64,000 nt of DNA from an uncultured Planctomycetota bacterium (GCA_963737655.1 CAVTTN010000002.1:4192001-4256000), one strand, 5' to 3'. Shown: positions 37,842 through 48,875, counted from the stretch's first letter. Translations and numbers: made by a program. Notes: generated by a model not told the origin, from the sequence alone.

Positions 37842-38843
37842 CTATCCCCCCTCGGCCCCCCCGCCGATCACGCCTTTTTCCGCCTGGCGGACCTCTCCGA
37901 GCAAATATGTGGTTTTGTGTTGCGATTCATAATAAGTTCGCATGACCATTTCCGCGAGAACGCCCATCAGGATCGCCTGGACCCCCGCCAGGAAGAACGT
38001 CACCGAGAGCATCGGCAGCGGGGTCTCGACGAACGATTTCGACGGCCGGAACACATATTTGAAATACAGCATCAGTCCGAAGGTCAGGACGCTCAGGACG
38101 ATCGACGCGAGCCCGATCCGGCCGAACAGGTGGATCGGCCTCTGAGCATATTTTTGATAAAATCGGATCAAGAGCAAGTCCAGGACGACATTGAAGGTCC
38201 TGCCCAGGCCATACTTGGTCCTGCCCGCCCCCCGGGGTCGGTGGTGGACCTCCATCTCGGCGACCTTCGCCCCCTGCCAGGAAGCGAAGATCGGGATGAA
38301 TCGATGCATTTCTCCGTAGAGCCGGACCCCCTCGAGGACCCGCCGCCGATAGGCCTTCATCGTGCAGCCGAAGTCGTGGAGCGGAACGCCCGAAATCCTC
38401 GACACCAGCCAGTTTGCGACGAGTGAGGGCACCCTTCGCGTCAGCCATTTGTCGCGGCGGACCCGCCTCCAGCCCGAGACGACGTCGAACCCCTCGTCGA
38501 GCCGGGCGAGCAGGCCCGGGATGTCGGCCGGGTCGTTCTGTCGGTCGCCGTCCATCGGGACGAGGATCGACCCGCGGGCCAGGTCCAGGCCCGCCGAGAG
38601 CGCCGCGGTCTGCCCGCAATTCCTCCTCAGGAACGCGGCGCGGACGTGCTCCGGGTCGGCGTCCTGGATCGCCGAGAGCCTCGCCCGGGAGCCGTCGGTC
38701 GAGCCGTCGTCGACGAAGATCAGCTCGTAGCGCAGCCCCGACGGCCGGAGGACGGCGTCGAGCTCCCGGTGGAGCGGCCCGACGTTGTCCTTCTCATTGA
38801 AGACCGGCACGATCACCGACAGGTCGATGAGATCATCGTTCAT
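37842..38843 (-). CDS. GT2 glycosyltransferase (ArnC/DPM1-like)
   Basis: SVIVPVFNE, VDDGSTD, MDGDRQNDP, HDFGC, EMHRFIP, two C-terminal TMs. Confidence 0.92.
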   Translation of the reverse strand: MNDDLIDLSVIVPVFNEKDNVGPLHRELDAVLRPSGLRYELIFVDDGSTDGSRARLSAIQDADPEHVRAAFLRRNCGQTAALSAGLDLARGSILVPMDGDRQNDPADIPGLLARLDEGFDVVSGWRRVRRDKWLTRRVPSLVANWLVSRISGVPLHDFGCTMKAYRRRVLEGVRLYGEMHRFIPIFASWQGAKVAEMEVHHRPRGAGRTKYGLGRTFNVVLDLLLIRFYQKYAQRPIHLFGRIGLASIVLSVLTFGLMLYFKYVFRPSKSFVETPLPMLSVTFFLAGVQAILMGVLAEMVMRTYYESQHKTTYLLGEVRQAEKGVIGGGAEGG

Positions 38844-38849
38844 GAGAAA

Positions 38850-39767
38850 TCAGCCGATCACGTATTGCGAGAGGAAACGTCGGCTGATCTCCAGGGATTC
38901 ACGTCTCCTGTCCAGCGACCCCTCGAACGCCCGGTCCTCGACCTCCACGCACACCGGGCCGTCGTAGCCCGCGTCGGCCAACGCGCCGAAGAACGCGCCC
39001 CAATCCACGTCCCCCTGGCCGGGGATCTTGGGCGTGTGCCAGAGCTTGGGATAGGACAGGACGCCGTGATCGTCCAGGGCCTGGCGGTCGATCCGGGCGT
39101 CCTTGGCGTGGACGTGGAACAGGCGGTCGCGGAACTCGGCCAGGACCTTCCGATAGTCCATCTGCTGCCAGACGAAGTGCGACGGGTCGAAGTTCAGGCC
39201 GAGGCTCGGGCTGGGGATGTCGGCGAACATCCTCCGCCAGATCGCCGGAGACGTGGCCAGGTTCTTGCCCCCGGGCCACTCGTCGCGAGAGAACAGCATC
39301 GGGCAGTTCTCGATCCCGACGCGCACGCCCCGGGCCTCGGCCCGAGCGATCAAGGGGCGCCACGTCTCCAGGAATCGGGGCCAGTTCTCCTCCACGGACA
39401 GGACCGGATTCCGGCCGATGAACGAATTCACGACGTTGATGCCCAGATCACATGCCGCGTCGATCACCCGTTCCAGGTGGGAGACCGCCAACTCGGCCTC
39501 GGCCGGGTCGGCGGCCAGGGGGTTGGGGTAGTAGCCGAGTCCGGAGATCGCGACGTCATGGAGGTCCACGCAGTCGCGGACCCTCGCGATGGCCTCGGCG
39601 TCCAGGCTGGTGACGTCCAGATGGCTCACGCCCGCGTAGCGACGATCGGCCCGGCCGGGCGGCCAGCACATCACCTCCACGCACGAATAACCCATCTGCG
39701 AGGCCGCCAGGAGCACCTCGGCCAGCGAGAGTTCCGGCAGGATCGCGGTCACGAATCCCAGTTGCAT
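38850..39767 (-). CDS. Sugar phosphate isomerase/epimerase (AP endonuclease 2 fold)
   Basis: [31 protein letters not shown]. Confidence 0.88.
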   Translation of the reverse strand: MQLGFVTAILPELSLAEVLLAASQMGYSCVEVMCWPPGRADRRYAGVSHLDVTSLDAEAIARVRDCVDLHDVAISGLGYYPNPLAADPAEAELAVSHLERVIDAACDLGINVVNSFIGRNPVLSVEENWPRFLETWRPLIARAEARGVRVGIENCPMLFSRDEWPGGKNLATSPAIWRRMFADIPSPSLGLNFDPSHFVWQQMDYRKVLAEFRDRLFHVHAKDARIDRQALDDHGVLSYPKLWHTPKIPGQGDVDWGAFFGALADAGYDGPVCVEVEDRAFEGSLDRRRESLEISRRFLSQYVIG

Positions 39768-39810
39768 CGTTCCATCCGGGGAGAAGGACTCTCGAAGGCC
39801 CCGGGACAAT

Positions 39811-41031
39811 CTAACGGATCGTCGGCCCCGGATCGAGGGGACCGGGCGGATTCGGCGGGATCGTCGCCGGGGTCGGCCCCCGATAGCTCGCCCGCTCGAC
39901 CTCGCGGGCCTCGAACGCCACGTCCTTCCACAGGATGCGGCCCCGGTGGTGGTTCCAGACGCTCGAACATATGATCGCCAGATAGGCCGATGCGCCGAAC
40001 GGGAACGTCAGGGCGAACGCCGGGCTGATCCTCAGGAACACGGTGGAAGGCACGATCGCGATCAGCTGCGCCGCCACGCCCCAGAGCCCGGCGATCGCCA
40101 GCGGCCAGGCCCCGGCCGCCCCGCCCCGGACCAGCCCGAAATACGGCGTCCAGACCATCGCCAGCGCCACGATCAGGCCCACGAAGAACTTGTGGAGATG
40201 ATATTCCATGCCGGCATAGGCATTCTTGCGCAGCCCCCGCCAGATCTCGCCAAATGATCCATACATATGAGTCCACGCCAGTTCCGGCGCGAGGTGGACC
40301 GAGAGCCGCCCGCCGGCTTCCTTGATCGTCCGGGCCATCTGGATGTCCTCGACGATCTCGGAACGGACCGCCTCGTGGCCGCCGACCTTCTCATAAATCG
40401 ATCGGCGCACGAGCAGGAACCCCCCGGCGGCCAGCGCGGCCCGGCAATCGGGGTCGTTCACCCGATGGAGCGGATAGAGGGAGAAGATGATCTGGCCGAT
40501 CGCCAGGGCCACCGCCCCTTGCCAGAACGAGCGGATCTCGGGCCTCGCGACGATCGAGACGAGGTCCGCCCCCGACCGGCGCGCCCGATCCACCGCCGAG
40601 GCCAGGGCCCGGGGATGCAAGCCCATGTCCGCATCCACGAATAAGATCCATTCGGCCTCGACCGACCGGGCCCCCTGCGCCACGGCCCAGGTCTTCCCCA
40701 CCCAGCCCGGGGGGCGGGGCTCGCCGTGGAGGACGCGGATCGGCAGCTCGCGGGCGAGGCGGTCGAGGATCGCGCCGGTCTGGTCGGTCGAGCGGTCGTC
40801 CACGAAGATGGCCTGGAATCTCGGATAGTCCTGGGCGAGGAGGGCCCGGACGGTCCTCTCGACGTGGGCCTCCTCGTTGCGGGCCGGGACGATCGCGGCG
40901 ACATCCGGCAAATCGTCGGGGATCGGGCCTTCGATGGCCTGGAGGAAGTGGATTTTCCGGGCGTTTCGGACGTTGCGGACGGCCAGCAAGGTCCACGCCA
41001 GGGCGACGAGCGAGGCGAGGATCGTCATCAT
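39811..41031 (-). CDS. GT2 glycosyltransferase (CrtQ/HpnB-like)
   Basis: VPARNEE, DDRSTD, PPGWVGK, FVDAD, VEDI, MYGS; ATGA-type overlap with the desaturase. Confidence 0.85.
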   Translation of the reverse strand: MMTILASLVALAWTLLAVRNVRNARKIHFLQAIEGPIPDDLPDVAAIVPARNEEAHVERTVRALLAQDYPRFQAIFVDDRSTDQTGAILDRLARELPIRVLHGEPRPPGWVGKTWAVAQGARSVEAEWILFVDADMGLHPRALASAVDRARRSGADLVSIVARPEIRSFWQGAVALAIGQIIFSLYPLHRVNDPDCRAALAAGGFLLVRRSIYEKVGGHEAVRSEIVEDIQMARTIKEAGGRLSVHLAPELAWTHMYGSFGEIWRGLRKNAYAGMEYHLHKFFVGLIVALAMVWTPYFGLVRGGAAGAWPLAIAGLWGVAAQLIAIVPSTVFLRISPAFALTFPFGASAYLAIICSSVWNHHRGRILWKDVAFEAREVERASYRGPTPATIPPNPPGPLDPGPTIR

Positions 41032-42566
41032 GGCCGAGACACCATCGGCCGCCCCTTCCGGGCCCGGAGGTTCAGGTCCCGGGCGATCTTCTCGGCCGCG
41101 AGCTTGCCGCTCTGGACGACCATCGGCAATCCCGCGCCGGGCTGGACGCCTCCCCCCGCGAAATACAGGCCCGGGACGTCCGCCCGGTAGTTCAGGGGGC
41201 GGAAGCTGCCGCCGAGGACGTTGTGCGCATTGCCGAGACCATAGATCGATCCGAGGAAGGCGTGGAAGCGGTCGCGGAAGTCGCTCGGCCCGAAGACCGA
41301 CCGCGAGACGATCGCCGACCCGAGGCCGGGCAGGCCGGCTTCCTCCAATCGGGCGATCAACTGGTCGGCATATCGGCGCTCGAAGTCGCGATCGGGCCCG
41401 CTCCCGGGCCTCATCGGCGGGGCCCCGACGACGATGAAGGGGTTCGAGCCCCCGGGGGGGGCGTCGCCCGGGTCGGTCTCGCTCGTGGCGTTCACGTAGA
41501 TCGGCGGGTCGCTGGGGAACTCCCCTCGGGTGAAGAGTTCGTCATAGACTCGCTCCGAACCTTTGGTCAGGACCAGGATATGATGGGCCAGGGCGTCCCA
41601 CGACCGATCGCAGCCGAGCTGGATCGTGAAGAACGAGCCCGAGGGCTGGGCGTGGCCGTCGCGGAGGGCCTGGACCTCCCCGGAAAACCCGGCGCCCCCG
41701 CGGAGCATCCGGTGGGTGTGGACATAATCGCTGTTGGAGACGACCGCGTCGGCCGCGATCCAGCCCGAGGACGTCGCCACGCCGACGACCCGGCCCGAGG
41801 CGTCGAGCTCGATCGTCTCGACCTCCTCGTTCGTGCGGATCTCGACCCCGACGTCGCGGCACGCGGCGGCGATCCCCCTGGGAATCGCGGCGATCCCTCC
41901 GATTTTCGGATACCAGACGCCTTCGCGGATGATCGTCCAGGGGATGATCGCGAGCGAGGCGGGCGCGGTCTTCGGGTCGAACCCGGAATAGGTGGGGAAG
42001 CCGTACAGGAGCTCGCGGATCGCCGGGGATCGGAAGTGGCGGTCGATCTCGGTCGCGTAGGTCTGGGCCGGGGAGACCACGGCCGCCGAGAGCATCAGCG
42101 GCGAGAACAGGACCTGCGGCCAGGTCTCCAGGATGCGGTCGCAGAAGGCGTGGCCGATCAGCCCGGCGAAGCGGTCCATCCTCGCCAGGAACTTGCCCAG
42201 GCCGTCGCCGTCGCGAGGGTCGATGGCGGCGAAGGCGTCGCGGAGGCCCTCCTCGGAGGCGGGGATATCGAGCGATCGGCCGTCGGTCAACACGACCCGG
42301 AACGCCGGGTCCAGCCTCTTCAAAGGGAGATAGGCGTCGGGGTCCAGCCCCGACGCCTCGAACAGGGTCGTGTAGACCCAGGGCATGACGACGATCGACG
42401 GCCCCTCGTCCCACCGCCAGCCGAGCTCCCGGCGTTCGCTGGCCTTGCCGCCGACCTCGGCGAGGCGTTCGAGGAGGATGACGTCCGCGCCTCGTCGCGT
42501 CGCTTCGAGGGCCGCGGACAGCCCTCCCACCCCTCCGCCGATCACGACGATCTTCGACCGAGCCAT
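41028..42566 (-). CDS. Phytoene desaturase family (CrtI/CrtN/CrtP-like) carotenoid oxidoreductase
   Basis: GGGVGGL FAD motif, DEGPS, WYPKIGG, GSIYG, GLYFAGG..QPGAGLPMV..SG. Confidence 0.88.
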   Translation of the reverse strand: MARSKIVVIGGGVGGLSAALEATRRGADVILLERLAEVGGKASERRELGWRWDEGPSIVVMPWVYTTLFEASGLDPDAYLPLKRLDPAFRVVLTDGRSLDIPASEEGLRDAFAAIDPRDGDGLGKFLARMDRFAGLIGHAFCDRILETWPQVLFSPLMLSAAVVSPAQTYATEIDRHFRSPAIRELLYGFPTYSGFDPKTAPASLAIIPWTIIREGVWYPKIGGIAAIPRGIAAACRDVGVEIRTNEEVETIELDASGRVVGVATSSGWIAADAVVSNSDYVHTHRMLRGGAGFSGEVQALRDGHAQPSGSFFTIQLGCDRSWDALAHHILVLTKGSERVYDELFTRGEFPSDPPIYVNATSETDPGDAPPGGSNPFIVVGAPPMRPGSGPDRDFERRYADQLIARLEEAGLPGLGSAIVSRSVFGPSDFRDRFHAFLGSIYGLGNAHNVLGGSFRPLNYRADVPGLYFAGGGVQPGAGLPMVVQSGKLAAEKIARDLNLRARKGRPMVSRP

Positions 42567-42685
42567 GACTCACCCTCTTCGGGACGATCGGCCCCGGAGG
42601 GGCCATCGCCTCAGTGTAGGCGAGGCGGACAGGTCCGGCCATCGCCCGACCGCCCGGCTCGGGGCCGATCCGTCCCCGGGGGCGC

Positions 42686-43657
42686 TCATTGCGACCATTC
42701 GGTCGGCACGCGGTCCCACCGATGGGCCTTGAGCGTCTCCATCAGCGACGGGTCGAGCGGCGGGGCCCCGCTCGCGGCGATGTTCGCCTCGACGTTCTTC
42801 TTCTTCCTCATGCCGGGGATGATCGTCGAGACGGTCGGCTCGGCCAGGATCCAGCGGAGGGCCAGTTCGGGCATGGTCATGCCCCGGGGCACGACGGGGC
42901 GGAGCCTCTCGGCGTGCTCGACGCTCTCCCGGAGGTTCTTCGGGTTGAAATAGCCGCTCCGCCAGTCCTCGGCGGGCCAGGTGGAGTCGAGCGAGAGCGT
43001 CCCGGTGAGCGTCCCCTCATCGAAGGGCACTCGCGCGATCACGGCGATGTTCAATTCCCGGCAGAACGGGAACAGCATGTCCTGAGGGGCCTGGTCGAAG
43101 ATGTTGTAGATGACCTGGACGGCGTCGATCAGGCCCGTCTTGAGGGTTTCGACGCCGTTCTCTGGCTCCCATCGATTCACGCTGATGCCCACGGCCTTCA
43201 CGAGCCCTTGCGCCTTCAGGTCGTCCATCGCCCTCTGCCAGCGGCGATCGTCCGTCCAGGTGTCTTCCCAGACGTGGAATTGAAGGAGGTCGATGTGGGG
43301 GAGGCCGAGGTTCTCGAGGCTTTTCTCGGCGTACTCGCGGATGTGGTCGGGCGGGAAGCATTCGTCGAGCGTGTAGCCCCGTCTCGACGGCCACTTGAAG
43401 TTCTTCGGGGGGATCTTGGTGGCGACGTAGAGGGTCTTGCCGGGATGCTCGCGGACGATCCGGCCGAGGATCTGCTCGCTCTTGCCGGCCGCGTAGCCCC
43501 AGGCGGTGTCGAAGAAGTTGCAGCCGAGCTCGATCGAGCGGCGGAGGCTCTCGAGCGACTCGTGATCCTCGGAGCCGGTCCAGCCGGCGAGGCCCCACAT
43601 CCCGTAGCCGATCTCGGAGACCTGCCAGCCGGTCCGGCCGAATGTTCGGTAGTTCAT
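42686..43657 (-). CDS. Aldo/keto reductase
   Basis: VSEIGYGMW, FFDTAWGY, VATK, IDLLQFH, QVIYN, IIPGM. Confidence 0.92.
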   Translation of the reverse strand: MNYRTFGRTGWQVSEIGYGMWGLAGWTGSEDHESLESLRRSIELGCNFFDTAWGYAAGKSEQILGRIVREHPGKTLYVATKIPPKNFKWPSRRGYTLDECFPPDHIREYAEKSLENLGLPHIDLLQFHVWEDTWTDDRRWQRAMDDLKAQGLVKAVGISVNRWEPENGVETLKTGLIDAVQVIYNIFDQAPQDMLFPFCRELNIAVIARVPFDEGTLTGTLSLDSTWPAEDWRSGYFNPKNLRESVEHAERLRPVVPRGMTMPELALRWILAEPTVSTIIPGMRKKKNVEANIAASGAPPLDPSLMETLKAHRWDRVPTEWSQ

Positions 43658-44613
43658 GAACCTTCTCCCATGAGATCGCCGGGAAGGACGGGATGCCCCT
43701 TGAGGAATTCCGAGGCCGGCATCGCCTTCTTGCCCGGCACCTGGACCGTCACGAGCCGGATCGCCCCGTCGCCCGCCGCGACGATCAGGCCGTCGCGCCC
43801 GGCCGAGGTCACCGATCCCGGCGCCCCCTGCCCTTCGACCACGGCCGTCTCGTGGACGATCAGCCGGACCGGGGACCTCCCGGCTTCCGAGGGGTGCCAG
43901 AGCGTCGAGGCGATCGGCCAGGGCCTCAGGGCGCGGACATGGTCGTGGACCGCCCTCGCCGTCTTCGACCAATCGATGGCCGAATCCTCCTTGCGGAGCT
44001 TCGGGGCCCGGGTGACCTTCGCCCGGTCCTGGGGGAGGATGGTCGCCGAGCCGGCCTCGATGGCGTCGAGGCTCTCCAGGATCAGGGGGGCGCCGATCTC
44101 GGCCAGGCGGCCTTCGAGCTCGCCGGAGGTCTCGTCGGGGCCGATCGGGGTCCGGGCGAAGGCGATCATCCCCCCGGCGTCGATCCGGGGGGTCATGCGG
44201 ATCACGGTCACGCCGGTCTCGGTGCGTCCGTCCTGGATCGCGCGGGCCACGGGGGCGGCGCCTCGATACGAGGGAAGGATCGACCCATGCAGATTGATCC
44301 CGCCGAGCCGGGCGGCCCCGAGCAGGTCTGCCGAGAGGATCTGGCCGTACGCGGCCGTGACGAGCAGGTCGGCCCCGAGAGCGCGGATGGCGTCGAGGGC
44401 CTCCCCGGCATTCACGTCCTCGGGCTGGAGGACGGCGACGCCCCGCTCGATCGCCGCGAGCTTGATCCGGCTCGGGATGAGCTCCTGCTTGCGCCCCTGG
44501 GGCCGATCGGGCTGGGTCACCAGAGCCAGCACCGGGTGCGCGGAACCGCAGAGCCGCAGGAAGGTCGGCAGGGCGAAATCGCCGGTCCCGAGCATCACCA
44601 AGCGCAGGGGCAT
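43654..44613 (-). CDS. fmt: Methionyl-tRNA formyltransferase
   Basis: LGTGDFA, VTQPDRP, INLHGSILPSYRGAAP, IDAG, PGKKAM. Confidence 0.95.
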   Translation of the reverse strand: MPLRLVMLGTGDFALPTFLRLCGSAHPVLALVTQPDRPQGRKQELIPSRIKLAAIERGVAVLQPEDVNAGEALDAIRALGADLLVTAAYGQILSADLLGAARLGGINLHGSILPSYRGAAPVARAIQDGRTETGVTVIRMTPRIDAGGMIAFARTPIGPDETSGELEGRLAEIGAPLILESLDAIEAGSATILPQDRAKVTRAPKLRKEDSAIDWSKTARAVHDHVRALRPWPIASTLWHPSEAGRSPVRLIVHETAVVEGQGAPGSVTSAGRDGLIVAAGDGAIRLVTVQVPGKKAMPASEFLKGHPVLPGDLMGEGS

Positions 44614-44620
44614 GTCGGCC

Positions 44621-45238
44621 TCATCCCTGGTCATCCGGCCTCGATCGCGGTTCGTCGGCGTCGAGGAACTCATCGAGCCTCTTCAGGATTTCCGAATCGC
44701 TGGGCCATTCGCCGGCGGCCTGGGCGCGGCGGAACTCGGCCTCGAACTGGCGGACCCTGGGCTCGACCTTCTCGCGGACGTCCGGCGCCAGGCGATCGAT
44801 GAACAGATCGCCGTTCACGTGATCGGTCTCGTGCTGGACGGCCCGGCTGAAGAGGTCGTGGGCCTCGAGGTCGATCGGCTGGCCTTCGAGGTTGAACGCC
44901 TGGATCTTGACCTTGCGGGCCCTCTGGACGTTCGCATACAGGCCCGGGAAGCTCAGGCAGCCTTCCTCGCCTTCGATCGAGCCGTGCCTCTTGACGATCT
45001 CGGGGTTGAGGAAGACCTGCTCCTGGTCGGGCTGGTTCGGGTCGGCGGTGAGGTTCAGGACGAAGAACCGCATCGGCAGGCCGACCTGGTTCGCGGCCAG
45101 CCCGATCCCCTTGGCCTCGTACATGAGGTCGAACATCTGCCGGGCCCAGCCTCGCAGGTTTGCATCGATGCGTTCGACCGGACGGGACCGATAGCGGAGC
45201 GCGGGGTGGGCATAGGTCACGATCTTCAGCGGACTCAC
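44621..45238 (-). CDS. def: Peptide deformylase
   Basis: GIGLAANQ, EGCLSFP, QHETDH. Confidence 0.96.
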   Translation of the reverse strand: MSPLKIVTYAHPALRYRSRPVERIDANLRGWARQMFDLMYEAKGIGLAANQVGLPMRFFVLNLTADPNQPDQEQVFLNPEIVKRHGSIEGEEGCLSFPGLYANVQRARKVKIQAFNLEGQPIDLEAHDLFSRAVQHETDHVNGDLFIDRLAPDVREKVEPRVRQFEAEFRRAQAAGEWPSDSEILKRLDEFLDADEPRSRPDDQG

Positions 45239-45283
45239 TCGGGACGCTCCTCAGCACGATTTCCGACGGAGGGGGAAGCCGCG

Positions 45284-45313
45284 ATTATAGAGGAGCGGGC
45301 GAGGGGCCGCCAA
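45284..45313 (-). promoter_or_regulatory. Putative sigma70 promoter of def-fmt
   Basis: TTGGCG-18 nt-TATAAT. Confidence 0.5.
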
Positions 45314-45336
45314 GAGACCGGGCGGCCGAGGATCTC

Positions 45337-46479
45337 TCACTTCACCGTCTTCCGCGAGCGGCGTCCCCCGAGGAAGCTGTCGAAGACGTACTTGCCGAGG
45401 TCGTCCGAGGAGCAGTACGCCGCGACGCCCTGCGAGACCCTCGCCATCTCCTCGACGAAGTTGACCAGGCCGAGATAGAAGTAATCCTCGATCAGGGCGA
45501 AGCTGGAGACGCGGATGCCGGCCTGGGCGCACCGCCTGACCTCGGCCAGGGTGTGCTGGGCGGTCTTCTCCGACGGCGGGTAGATCAGGACGACTTCCCG
45601 GCCCTCGATGTGCGCGGTGGGCTCGCCGTCGGTGATCACGATGACCTGCTTGTTCGCCGCGCCGGACCTCGTCAGGAGGCTGCGGGCCAGCCTCAGCCCC
45701 GCGTGGATGTTCGTGAAGTGCTGGGGGACTCGCTTCGGGGGGTTGTCCAGGTCGAACCGGAGGAAGACCTTGCTGTCATAGAGGCTCACCGGCTTCGGCG
45801 CCGAATTGAGCAGCTGGCGCTCGGTCATCACGTTCGCATACGTGTAGAAGCCGACCATCTGGAGGGTGTCTTGCGCGTACTGGGCCTTGACCATCGCCTG
45901 GAGGGCCAGGGCGACTTTCTTGGTCATGTAATACTTGCCGTATCGGTTCATCGAGCCGCTCATGTCGATCAGGACGACGGTGTGGCAGCTCGCCTGGTAC
46001 TCGGTCTCATGGACGACATAATCATCCTGGCGGAGGCGGATCGGCGTGCCCCCGCCCTGGCGGACCATCGCGTTCTTGAGCGTCTCGTGGAGGTTCAGGT
46101 TGCTCAGGGGGTCGCCGTAGACGTAGGGTTTCGAGTCTTCCAACCGGATCGAGCCCCCGCCCTTCTGAGGGGTCTCGTGCTTGCCGACGGAGTCCCTCCG
46201 GAAGGTCTGGAACAGGTCGGTCAGGGCGTTTTCCTGGATCCGCCGGAGGCCCTTGGGCGCGACGACGAACTTGCCCTCGCCGTCCTCCTCGATGTAGCCC
46301 TCCTCCTGGAGCTTCTTGAGGAGGTCGGGCTGGTCGTCCTCGTCGAAGTCGTCGAGCTGCCTGAGGACCTGGTCGCCGTACTGGAGGAGGTACTCGGCCA
46401 GCTGGTCGAACGCCTTGTCGGCGGACTGGGGCTGGAACTCCTGAGAGCCGTCCCATTCGCTGTATTCGAAGAGGGGCAT
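45337..46479 (-). CDS. VWA domain protein (partner of the chelatase-like AAA ATPase)
   Basis: MIDAS DMSGSM, FTNIHAGL, ITDGEPTAH. Confidence 0.88.
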   Translation of the reverse strand: MPLFEYSEWDGSQEFQPQSADKAFDQLAEYLLQYGDQVLRQLDDFDEDDQPDLLKKLQEEGYIEEDGEGKFVVAPKGLRRIQENALTDLFQTFRRDSVGKHETPQKGGGSIRLEDSKPYVYGDPLSNLNLHETLKNAMVRQGGGTPIRLRQDDYVVHETEYQASCHTVVLIDMSGSMNRYGKYYMTKKVALALQAMVKAQYAQDTLQMVGFYTYANVMTERQLLNSAPKPVSLYDSKVFLRFDLDNPPKRVPQHFTNIHAGLRLARSLLTRSGAANKQVIVITDGEPTAHIEGREVVLIYPPSEKTAQHTLAEVRRCAQAGIRVSSFALIEDYFYLGLVNFVEEMARVSQGVAAYCSSDDLGKYVFDSFLGGRRSRKTVK

Positions 46480-46494
46480 GAAGGCATCCCTGGA

Positions 46495-46896
46495 TTAGCG
46501 GTTGAAGAGGATCGGGCAGATGGCCAGGGGCACGAGGGGCTCGAATTCCTTGCGGTCGGCGGTGACCACGGTCCCGCCGACCTCCTGGGCGAGGGCAACG
46601 CACGCGCAGTCGGCCAGAGAGAGCCGGGCCCCGGCCTTCAGGCGCCCCATCCTCTCCCAGAACGGGCGAGACAGGTCGGACCGCGGGGCGATCCCGAGCG
46701 CCTCCAGGTCGTCCACCGCCTGGACGGCTCTCGCCTCATCGAATCGACGCGCGAGGTCATAATACACCTCGCAATAGTTCAGCGAATGGGCGCAGCACCG
46801 GGCCGAAGGGTCGGGGAGGAACCGTTCCACGATCGATGAACCGGCCTCGTTCATGAGGAAGGCGATCATCGCGCAGGCATCGAGGACGAACGTCAT
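46495..46896 (-). CDS. PIN-domain VapC-like toxin
   Basis: VLDACA, NYCEV, LSLADC, VVTADR; ATGA overlap with the upstream gene. Confidence 0.85.
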   Translation of the reverse strand: MTFVLDACAMIAFLMNEAGSSIVERFLPDPSARCCAHSLNYCEVYYDLARRFDEARAVQAVDDLEALGIAPRSDLSRPFWERMGRLKAGARLSLADCACVALAQEVGGTVVTADRKEFEPLVPLAICPILFNR

Positions 46897-47402
46897 CTCC
46901 GAGGCCTCTCTTCCAGTCGCTTCTCGTCCTCTTTCCTCGCCGCGAACCCCTCGGAACTCCAATCCAGGCCCGCGTACCTCGCCCGGATGGCGTGCATCCT
47001 CTCCAGCATCGTCGTAGGCGGCGGAGGCGAATCGACCCGGGCCGGCGAGGGCCCGACGACCCTCTCTCCCCAGGACCCAAGGACCCTCTCCGGAGAGGTC
47101 GCGACCCCTCCCCCGTCCTCGTTACCAGCCACGAACGTGCCGCGAGCCTCGCCCGCCGTTCCCTTCCCCGAGCACAGCGCGAGCAGGATCGTGAAGGCGC
47201 GTCGCACGAGGCCCGGGTCGAGTTCGCGGGCCGCGAGCGCCTCCCTCGCCGCGGCCCCGAACGCGTTCTCGCCCTCGTCGGAGAGGCCCTGGGCGAGCAT
47301 CAGGAGGAGGGTCGAGAGCTGGGAGGGCGACAGGCCCCGACGGCTGGCCTCGGCCGCGAGCCCATCTTCCAACGGCGGAGGCAAGTCGATGGAGACGGAC
47401 AT
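46893..47402 (-). CDS. Putative antitoxin (RHH-like N-terminus)
   Basis: MSVSIDLPPPLEDGLAAEASRRGLSP; C-terminal SSEGFAARKEDEKRLEER; translationally coupled to the PIN gene. Confidence 0.65.
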   Translation of the reverse strand: MSVSIDLPPPLEDGLAAEASRRGLSPSQLSTLLLMLAQGLSDEGENAFGAAAREALAARELDPGLVRRAFTILLALCSGKGTAGEARGTFVAGNEDGGGVATSPERVLGSWGERVVGPSPARVDSPPPPTTMLERMHAIRARYAGLDWSSEGFAARKEDEKRLEERPRR

Positions 47403-47449
47403 CGGAGAGCTCCTGTCCCGGGCCTGGCCCGGCGGGCGGCCGTCGAAGC

Positions 47450-48875
47450 TCACCGCCGGTAGGCCGTCGCCCCGGACTTCGTGGTCTTGTTCAATTTGTT
47501 GTTGACGTGCAGACCTTCGAGGATGAACTCGGCCGCGGCGGCCGTGGCGGCGTCCCTCGCGGCGGGTTCGGTCAGCTCGGGCTGGACGAGCTTGCCGAAC
47601 TCCTCGGCCTTCTTTCGCAGGAGCGGGATCCGCTCGATCCGGGAGAGGACCTCGGCCACCGAGAGCGTGTCGCCGACCTCGATCCCCTTGCCCCCTTCGA
47701 AGAAATCGACGACCGGGCGGAACTCCTTGGCGTCGAAGTGGACGGCAAAGATGTTCTTCACCGCCTCGGCCACGATCCGCTCGACCAGCTTGTCTTCCTG
47801 GCCGTCGTCCTCGGTCATCGTCAGCTCGAGCTTCCCCCGGGCGCGGCGCGAGGTGGGCGAGGTCCGAGACCCTGGGGATGATCCAGTCCTCGCCGTTGAG
47901 CAACGCCCGCCGTTCGGCGTTGGAGACGACGTTCTCGAGGTTGGCGATCGACATCCGCACCGACACGCCCGATTGCTGGTTGATGTGCGAGCTGGTCCGG
48001 GCCAGGCGGGAGGTCTCCTCGACCACTTCCTTCACGTAGAACGGCACGGCCAGGCGGCCCCCGTCTCGCTGGAGCCAGGCGTTCTGGTCGCTGATCTGGA
48101 TGCCGAGCTCTCGCGTGAGCGGGTAGTGCGTGCGGATCGTCGAGCCGATCCGGTCCTTCAGGGGCGTGACGATCCGGCCGCGATTGGTGTAGTCCTCGGG
48201 ATTCGCGGAGAAGACCAGCGCCAGGTCGAGGTTGAGCCTCACGGGGAAGCCCCGGATCTGCACGTCCCGCTCCTCCAGGACGTTGAACAGGCCGACCTGG
48301 ATCTTGGGGGAGAGGTCGGGCAATTCGTTGATGCAGAAGATCCCGCGATTGGCCCGGGGGATCAGGCCGAAGTGCATCGTCAGCTCGCTGGAAAGATAGC
48401 GGCCTTCGGCATGCTTGATCATGTCGATTTCGCCGATCAGGTCGGCGATGGTCACGTCGGGCGTGGCGAGCTTCTCGTGGTATCGCTGGTCGCGGCCGAC
48501 CCAGGCGATGGGCGTGGAGTCGCCCAGATCGGCGATCTTGTCCCGGGCTTCCCTGGAGATCGGGGCATAGGGATGGTCGTTGACCTCCGAGCCCTCGACG
48601 ATCGGCATGGCGTCGTCCAGGAGGTGGACGAGCTGGCGGAGCATCCTCGTCTTGGCCTGGCCCCGGAGGCCGAGGAAGAGGATGTCGTGCTTGGAGAGGA
48701 TGGCGTTCTGGACCTGGGGGATCACGGTCTCTTCGTAGCCGAGGATCTCGGGGAAGAGCGGCTCCCGGGCGCGGACCTTGCGGACGAGGTTCCGCCGCAG
48801 CTCGTCCTTGACCGACTCCATCCGATATCCGCTGGCCTTCAGCTCGCCCAGGGTCCGGGGTCGCTCCGTCGCCAT
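47450..48875 (-). CDS. Magnesium chelatase-like/sigma54-interacting AAA+ ATPase; frameshift near 47840
   Basis: GLRGQAKT Walker A, EKLATPD, INELPDL, SANPEDYTNRGRIVTPLKDR; C-terminus in the ORF 47450-47818. Confidence 0.88.

Noticed and set aside
42689..45478. Long antisense ORFs (also 52994-56008, 49052-52036, 25841-27943 and others)
   Set aside because: Shadow ORFs opposite well-supported genes, expected at about 70% GC
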